Shown here in pieces: positions 55,309-64,000 of a stretch of DNA of 64,000 nt. The notes under the pieces were generated by a model. It did no database searches, was not told the origin of the DNA, and saw nothing but the letters and a program-made list of their open reading frames with translations. Both the position numbers and the translations under genes were made by a program. The first letter of the stretch is position 1. The number at the start of each line of letters is the position of its first letter. Origin of the DNA: the human T2T-CHM13v2.0 reference genome, Homo sapiens; the NCBI RefSeq assembly GCF_009914755.1, contig NC_060932.1, one strand, 5' to 3'.

Positions 55309-55348
<40 letters not shown>
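55309..55348. repeat. (GT)17 microsatellite (55315-55348) with short extension
   Basis: Seen directly. Confidence 0.97.
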
Positions 55349-55349
<1 letters not shown>

Positions 55350-55463
55350 CAGTGACTGCTCAATGCACAGTTAGTTCCTAATAATCACAAAAATAGTAAT
55401 ATTGATACGGTATTGCACTACCATAGTGGGATGGGAGAAGGATTTTTGGATGAGATGAGATGA

Positions 55464-55840
55464 TGTATTCGTCTGTTTTCATGCTGCTGATAAAGACTTT
55501 CCTGAGACTGGGTAATTTATAAAGAAAAAGAGATTTAATGGACTCACAGTTCCACATGGCTGGGGAGGCTTCACAATCATGGTGGAAGGCAAGGAGGAGC
55601 AAAGTCACATCTTACATGGATAGTGGCAGGTAAAGAGAGAATAAGAGTCAAGTGAAAAGAGAAATCCCTTGTAAAACCATCAGATCTCATGAGACTTATT
55701 CACTATCATGAGAACAGCATGAGAAAGACCCATCACCATGATTCAATACCCTCCCACCAGATCCCTCTCACAACATGTGGGAATTGTGGGAGCTACAATT
55801 CAATATGAGATTTGGGTGAGGACACAGGCAAACCATTTCA
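55464..55840 (-). mobile_element. THE1 solo LTR
   Basis: tgtattcgtctgttttcatgctgctgataaagac...gagatttgggtgaggacacag. Confidence 0.92.
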
Positions 55841-57237
55841 AATGGCATTTCAATTTGTCTTCATACTTGAAGGTTGAAGAGAAATATCTTCAGTGCAGAG
55901 ATAAACAAAGGCCAGAGGCATCTTCAATGACACTGAAGTTTGTATAGATGGATTTAAAGGATATGTAGTCAGTATATGAACCTCACATCTTTATAGGACC
56001 AAACTTTACAGCAGTCAACTCTTTCTACTTCTGATTCATTTATTCATTCAACATTTATTGAATGTGACTATATATTAGAAACTGACCTAGCTGCTGGGAT
56101 ATAGTGGTGAATTAGAACAACATCTCTGTCCTTACATATTGCTGAGTGGCAGGGAAGAAAATATCTTGTGATAAGTGTCATGAAGGAAATTCTGCCTCTA
56201 TAAAATACATTGAAATGCCTAGATAAAATATAGCAACCATCTGTTTAAATTTTTTTATTCAAAGAGGCTATTTCATACACACATAGCTTCAAGAACATGC
56301 ACCCATTTTCTCCTATGATGATTCATACATAAATATATTTTACTTGCCCTAAACTTAGCCTGACATTCTCACAAAAAGTCAAGTTTATTGCAAAAGCATG
56401 CATGCAACTTCAAGTTTCAAACATGCTAAGATGATTCCTCATAACACTTGGTGTCTTCAATGTGAGGTCACCAAGGAATGAATTTTAATCCTTGATTCTT
56501 AGTTTGAGTCAGAGATTAGGGGATCCAAAACTCTATAAGCCAAAGCTTCCTTGGAAAGGATGAATGTGTTAAGAATGCCTTTCAACCACAGGGATAGTTA
56601 AGCACCACACCTCTGACTCAACCACTGGAAGTCTCCCATTTGGCTCACCTGGCATAAATGTACCTAGGAATTCTCTTGGTTCTGTCTTGAGTGGTCTGTG
56701 TCACATTCCAGGGTTTAACTTTACTCTTATGATCTTGGGTAAGAATTCGTGCCAGATTAGAGCTCATTGACTTGGAAGCAAAGCCACTCAGAAAGAGTAG
56801 CCAGAGTCCTGCTTTGGGATGTAGGTGTTTTCTAAGCTGACATCTAAAAGGGACTGCACATGCCCAACAAATGTACTTTTCTTTATAGCTGAGCTCAAAA
56901 GAAGGAAATATTCCCAAAGGCCAAGCCAGGGAAACCTATAACTCTAAGCATACGCTGTGGACAAAGCTGCCAAAAGGGGTGGGGAGAGGGCCTTAGAAGT
57001 CATAGTAGTCAAAGGTCTATGGATTAAATGACATTAGGGACAGAAAAAAGGCCTTGGTCTCAAGAGAGGCAGAAAATTAAAACCGAGTTTCTGTAGGGAC
57101 TCAAAATGCTATTTCCTCAATGAAAGGATGGCTAAGAAAAAAAATCTGCCCACTAGTTCTAGGAGAAGGCATGAAAGCTTATCTGTTTTGGCCTATGTAG
57201 TGGGTGGGAGGAAAATGTCTCCGCCAACACTTTATAA

Positions 57238-57555
<318 letters not shown>

Positions 57556-59324
57556 TTGAGTTAAAATTTATACTAACCTGGGAAATTAATATTTTAAAAA
57601 GTCTCAGGCTGGTACTAGCCCTGTGATATCTGCCAGAAGCCAACATAAAAGCTCTCTGTGGAAACACACTCTCAGCCCAAGCTGCACAGATTTCCCCAGA
57701 TAAAGCCCAAAGGACATGAGCTCACAATCTAAAATTATAAATTATGCAGGGAGATAATCTCCTATGGGTAAGGAGAATAAATATGATGCTTCAGAAAAAG
57801 ATAATCCTGCAGTGGGAGATGATGGGAGTAGCCAGGATGTTACCGTCTGGCTTTAAGCTTTGAGCAGGAGGCATGATGTTTGGAGAAATTGTCCTAATTT
57901 ATTTTACCTTGGGGAAACTCTGAAGACCTGTAAAATTTGTGTTTTTTGTTTTTTTGTGGTTATTTTATACCCATAGTATGTCCTTATTTTTGCTTCTTGT
58001 CTAAACAGGACAATTACTTCTATGGTCCTTCTAAGCCTTGATTTCATGACTAAGGGAAATATGAATATCGACTGGGCAAATATTTGGTAAACTTATGAAC
58101 TGTAGGACACTTAGGAGGGAAACAAGGGAGAATAAGACACTGTCCCAAAAGAAGTTGAAATCTAGGGTGTGTGTGTACATGTGTGCATGTGTGTGTTTGT
58201 GTGTGTGTGCATGTACACACGAGTCAACAGTGGGAGGCAATAAAGAAGGCATCACTTATGGACAGGGGAAACAGACTATCATTTGCTAAAAAGAGATGAA
58301 ATATGGTTTTGTGGAAATTTCAAGGACTTTGGCATCAGAAAGACTGAAACATACATTCTAATACTAGTAACAGGGCACTTTGCTTAATTTTTCTGATCCT
58401 GAGTTTCTTCATGTAAAATAGGATAGTAATGTCTACTTTTTTACAGCTGTGATAAGTGAAGGAGAAGAGACAAAAATGTAAACATACCAACATATAGTTT
58501 AGATGGAGAGAATTGAAACTTCTATTGCTAATAGACATTATAATAGATATAGACCCTAGTTACGTGACCAAATGTGATAATCAACTTCATGGGGAGTAGG
58601 GGGTGGTAGAAGGGTGCTGATGAGTCATCAAACGATGTTTCAAGGTGGAAGTGATTTTTAAGAATTTATCATTCAATAATAAAAGAAGCTTATTACTTGA
58701 CCTTGGGGAAGGTAATATTTACTTTGAATTAGATATGCAGGAATTTGCTATACCATGAAGGGACTCCTAAACCTGCTCCAGACATTTCTAGGCACAGGGT
58801 TTATCCCATATGGCTGCTTACTTGCCCCGACTTCACCATAGGACAGGGTCCTCTCTAGAAGAAAGTGCCCCAGCAGAGGGTAAAGACTGTAATCTCTGCC
58901 CCCTGCCTCATCACAGAGCTGAACAGGCATAGCAAGAGGGCCTCTGGGAAAGACCAACCTGACCTGGTGGGGAATAGCCACAGTTCCTGAGAAGGGTTTA
59001 GAGACAGGGACAAAAGAAAAACAGGGAGGAAGAAAGGAAAGAATCAAGAAGGTGATTTTTACCATGTAGTAGGAACTTCAAGGGGAACAAGCAGGGGAAT
59101 CTGAACAGCCCCAGTTAACAAATAGAAACTTTCTCTGCCTTGATTGCTGTCATGGAATGTCTGGAACATAAAATGACTAAGGAAAGATACGAAACCAGCT
59201 GGGAGGAAAGACTGAAGCAGCCCCCAGGTGACATACCCAGAGAAGACCCCCAAGCCAGAGGAATTGGGAGGTGGAGCAAAAGTAAGGCGGGAGGCAAAAG
59301 CTGCATGGATACGGGCCAGGCAGA

Positions 59325-59930
59325 TCTATTTATTCATTCAATGCAGTTATTGTATATACTGCAAATGCTGCTCTGGAAGAAGGAAGTCAAATTAGATATT
59401 GCTCTGCCTTACTCATGATCTGGAGAGGGACATACATGCAAATGAACAATTAGGATGCAATGAGGTAATTGCTACAACAAAGGCTGGAACAAGTTATCCA
59501 GTGGGAATCTAGGAAGGGGTGTCTGAGTCTGTCTGAGGGAAATCCAAGGAGGCTTCACAGAGGAGGCAGCGCTTCAGTGGAAACTGGAAGGATGAGTAAC
59601 AGTTCTTCCAGAGAGACAGCAGGAAGAGGACAGGCCAGGCAGAGAGGAAGAGAGTAAGTGGGGATGGGGAGAAATTACAATACCTCAATCTATGAGAGAC
59701 CAGGGTGGGTTCCCAGAAGAGTCCTCCTGTGTAGCTAGACAAGAGCATGTGCATGAGGTCAGTCCCAGGAGATGATTCTGTCTGGGCTGCTAAGCAGAGG
59801 TCACATTGTGTGGGGTCTCATGTCACACTCCAAGCTAATATTGATTCTGTGGGTGATTTAGAGTCATTAAAAAAATCTGAGCATGAGTGTAACATGAGTT
59901 GCTTTGTGTGTTAAAATGCTCACTCAGCAG
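59325..59930 (-). mobile_element. L2 3' region
   Basis: tttattcattcaa...ggaggcttcacagaggagg. Confidence 0.68.
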
Positions 59931-60014
59931 TGAGAGATTTGCGAGATTCCCAGTCTCCCATTCTAGGAGCTGAGTGACTATGGGGCTCCAAGAGACATTG
60001 GGGTCCTCATACAA

Positions 60015-60235
60015 CAGTAGTTCTTAATAGGGGGTGATTTCTCCTCCCCGGGGACATGGTGCAATATCTTGAGACAGTTTACGTTGTCACAACTTGGAGT
60101 GAGGTGAGGGGTGTTACGGGCATCTACTGAACAGAGGCCAGGGATGCTATTAAACACCCAACAGTGCACAGGGCAGGTGCCACAACAAGACATTACCTGC
60201 CCACGATACTGTGATGCTGAGGCTGAGAAACCCTG
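60015..60235. mobile_element. MER20 (hAT-Charlie)
   Basis: cagtagttcttaa...gaggccagggatgcta...gaggctgagaaaccctg. Confidence 0.9.
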
Positions 60236-61019
60236 TCATTGAGAGAGCTGACCTAACCGTCTAAGGCAACTGGATCATTAGAGTCCTTTCGACAACTCTG
60301 GTAGGTGCTTCAAGTGAGAATCACGTGTCTGTATTTTCCTGGTTGTACTTAATCTAGTCAAAACACTCTGTTCTCTGCCTTCAGAGGACAGATCATAATT
60401 TATGATTTTATCATTGTTACAGAAATACAGACAATAGAATACATAATTTCTGTGTGTGTGTTTTTTTGTTGTTGTTGTTTAGTGTCTGTCTCCCTCACTA
60501 GACAAAAGGCTCCGTGAGAAAAAGGTCACTTCATCTGTCCCAGACACCAGCAATTAGTACCCAGCTCATAGTTAGCATTCAGTAAGTTTTACAGAGAATT
60601 CGGTAAGGGGTAGGAGGCTAAGATGTGTAGTGTTGTTATTTGCAAAATCTAACGTAGGCCTGTTATAACAGGGTACAGTAACTATAGAGAAAGTGGGTCA
60701 GTATTTGCCACCACGGAGGCTAAGTTTGAGCTAAGACTGCGACTTCAAGAGAGGAGAATAGCTGGTGGGCTGACTTCACCTGTGGTTCCCCTCAGCCTGG
60801 ATACTGAGTTGGGGGTTTTGGACTGGGAAATTCCTACTAACCCTGCAGGCTTCCTTGCACTGCCTTACACATAGCCTTTGGCAGCTTGACAAAGCAGTCT
60901 GTGGATGCATCCCTGCTGGTTGCCATAGAGAAAGGAGTGACAGAAAATGAAACACGCAGATCATCCAATAATGACCAGGCTCCTGAGGGGGCCCTGGACC
61001 ATGCCCATCCCAGCACCAT

Positions 61020-61655
61020 GCATGGTAGCCAAGATGCGGAAGCAGCCTAAGTATCCTTCCACAGATGAGTGGATGATGAAAATGTGGTATATGCATCCAA
61101 TGGAATATTATTCAATCTTAAAAAAAAGAAGGAAATCTTGCCATTTGCAAGAACATGGATAAACCTGGAGCACAGTATGCCAAGTGAAATAAGCCAGTCA
61201 CAGAAGGACAAATATTGCATGATTCTCCTTCTATGAGGTAGCCAAAATAGTCAAACTCATAGGAGCAGAGAGTACAATAGTGGCTGCCAGGGGATAGGGG
61301 TTTGGGTGGGGGAAATTGGGAGCCATTGTTCAATGTGAATATGGTCTCAGTTATGCTGGAAGGATGAGTTATAGAGATCTGCTCTACAACGTAGTACCTG
61401 TAGTTAACAACATGGTATTTATTAATAAGGTAGCTCTCATGTTATGTTCTTACACACACACACACACACACACGCATACACATACACACACACACAGAGA
61501 CACAGGCACCTTTGGGACATGTTGGATATGTCTATTACCTTGATTGTGGTGATGGAATTCACAGGTGTCTGCATATGTCTAAAGTCATAAAATTGTACAC
61601 ATGAAATATGTGCAGTTCTCTGTATAGCAATTACACCTCAATAAAGCTGTTAAAA
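61020..61655 (+). mobile_element. L1MA/MB 3' end with (CA)n at 61453-61496
   Basis: atggaatattattca...aataagccagtcacagaaggacaaata...cctcaataaagctgtt. Confidence 0.88.
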
Positions 61656-63845
61656 AAAAGAGGAGGCTAGCTGATCAAATCAATGTGGAAGTGAGAAAGA
61701 GATGGGAACTTCCACGGCTAATTATGTAGTCATGAGTGCCCCTTAACTACAATCTGGGTAGATGTGGACGAGACTGTAACAACAGTAAAAAGATGTGCTG
61801 TTTCCCAGGGCTGCCCAGTTGAATATAAAGCTTTGCTGCTGAGAGTTGGATGAAATAAAAAATATGTAGAATACTGGAAATTGTACATAAAATTTTCTGA
61901 AAGAAAATATGGTATTCAACAGAGAAACCACAAAAAAGTCTTAACATTCAAAAACGATCAAGGAGATTTTTCATCTCTGAAAAGACATGATTTAACCCAA
62001 ACTCACTTTCCCTAATTGACAGTGAATTTTCTTCTCCAAACTTAATAACAAATAAAAGGATTATAAGGCAAAAAATATTTTACCAAATAGCTCTAGTTGT
62101 ATTATTGTTGAAGGTATCTATTTCATTCTGTTTAACTTGATTTCTAAATTTGATGTACTTTACCTCTGTTGGGAAGATTCTGTATCTTCTAAGCACATCT
62201 TCCATATCCTTTTATATAAAAATGGGCATTATTTGCTATAAAGAGAAGCCCAAAGCCACATACTGATGTTGCCATCTCAAAGATATTTATGTGACAGGCA
62301 TGAGTTCTAGAGAAAGGCATGCACCTCAAGCTCAGGTGACTTGCCTGGAGTCAGCCTGCCTTTTCCAGGACTGGCAGAAATAGAGTCCATCCTGTTCAGT
62401 CCTCCCTGCGTGAATCCTCTGCTCTCTTTCAGTATGACTCACAGGCTCTGGGAACACATCCCGAATTGCAGTATTGGGGCCTGGGTAGCTGCAAAATTCC
62501 GTGGCTCAAGAATGAATTGCAACTAATGAGGAAAGGTGTCAACACAGCTGGGAAAGGGGTGAACTGAGGACAAACAAAACAGGCAAAAACATCCTCTTGC
62601 CTGAAAAATGAAGCACAAGAAAATCAGGGGAAGTAATGTTTGATTGCATCCATTGCTCAGAGAGAAAACAGCAAAACAATTTAATTTTGATTTCTTCTGG
62701 AGTCTTCTAACTAGGCATTTCCAGAGAAAAATAAATTGCTGATAAAAGTCACGGGGCCTTGGGTAAATCTGGAAAGCAAGAAGTCTGGGGAAGATGTGAT
62801 TACTCTGACAGCAGAGATGAAAGATTTCAAAGTTCTGTGTGCGCCCAGGTTGACTAATTACTGATTTTGGATGGAGGTAGTTTGATTTGTTATATTTAGA
62901 GGATATTTGGAAACCATGAGAATTTTAATAAGATACCTCATGCACGTGCAGCATTGCTGTGGTCCAATCCCTTTGAAATTGTTTGGACATATTTCAAAGA
63001 GACAACGAAGGAAAAATTAGATGTTAATTTCTAAATATGTGACATACTGTCTTTAGAACAGTGATTCTCAGACTTTAGTCATCCAGGCATTATTTTCCTG
63101 ATTTTTGCCAAATCCCAGAACCTGCTTGCTCTCAGCCATTTAATATTTTCTTAAGATTGTCTCATTTTACATTTTTACTTTAAAGCAAACTTTATAACAG
63201 TCACGTAAATGCCCTAAACAGAAAGTAAAGGTAAAAATAAGTACAATGGAAAATGTAACCTTATTTAATACGTGTGAAATACTGGTGTAGCAGAAAGCTC
63301 TGAGCCTGTTCTTGGTGAAGAAGAACTTTGTTAAAACCAAAGAGATTGTAGCAAATGTTAGAGAATCTGACAGCTACCAAGGTTCTAAACTGAGCCTTGG
63401 TCTTCTTGGTTTTATCAGAAGGATTGTAAGGGAATTGGAAGAGGAGCCACAACTTCTCTCTTACTGTGTGATTCAACGTTCACTGTTGCTCTGTGCTAGC
63501 AGCATTTCCTACCCTACCCTACACCTTAGAAAACATTGCTTTAGAACTGAGAAGACACTTGCCTTGTTGCTCCAGAAAAAAACAGGGGAGAATCAATGGA
63601 TGGACACTCCAAAAGGCACATTAGAGGTGAGCCTGAGTAAGCCATTCCTGGAGCAGCAGTAACCACTGAGAGGAAGAGGCAGCCTCAGAAAATCATGAGT
63701 GGGTGGGGTAGGGGATGGGGAGATGTTGGTCAAAGGGTACAAAATTCCAGTCAGACAGGATGAAAAATGTTCTGGAAATCTATCCTATATCATGGTGACT
63801 AGAGTTAATAATAATGTGTTGTATTCTTGAAAATTGCTAGGAGAG

Positions 63846-64000
63846 GGCCAGGCATGGTGGCTCACACCTGTAATCCCAGTACATTGGGAAGCCAAGGAGG
63901 GCAGATTACTTGAGCTCAGGAGTTTGAGACCAGCCTGGCCAACATGGTGAAACCCCATCTCAACTGAAAATGCAAAAACTTAGCCAGGCATGGTGGCTCA
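63846..64000 (+). mobile_element. Alu cut by the window edge, inserted in an L1M fragment (~63700-63845)
   Basis: ggccaggcatggtggctcacacctgtaatccc. Confidence 0.93.

Overview
This is primate (very probably human) genomic DNA, not microbial. It is dense in Alu, L1, L2, MIR, MaLR/ERV LTRs and DNA-transposon fossils. Two protein-coding genes are recognisable, both on the minus strand. (1) The CpG-island promoter and first coding exon (ATGGGCTGGA|gtaag = M-G-W-I) of DNAAF11/LRRC6, with an RFX X-box at 2882-2895. (2) The last five coding exons of TMEM71 (55287-55099, 49413-49338, 41512-41451, 41349-41292, 38279-38264), which splice in frame to ...DDLDC...SETRLL...ACARFVKI*, plus a ~1 kb 3'UTR. Gene names come from recalled protein sequences and the known tandem arrangement of these genes on human 8q24; no database was searched. 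Repeat subfamily names and boundaries are by eye and approximate. I found no convincing new gene or enzymatic system. The best signal is a ~0.9 kb inversion (~4908-5800), 2 kb upstream of DNAAF11, that splits an ERV1 LTR, an AluJ and a MaLR LTR, all three of which reassemble when the segment is flipped. Other notable signals are a diverged ~140 bp duplication shared between the TMEM71 3'UTR and last intron, a sense-oriented MER11 solo LTR upstream of the TMEM71 transmembrane exons, a (CA)17/NAGNAG acceptor, and several fold-back structures.
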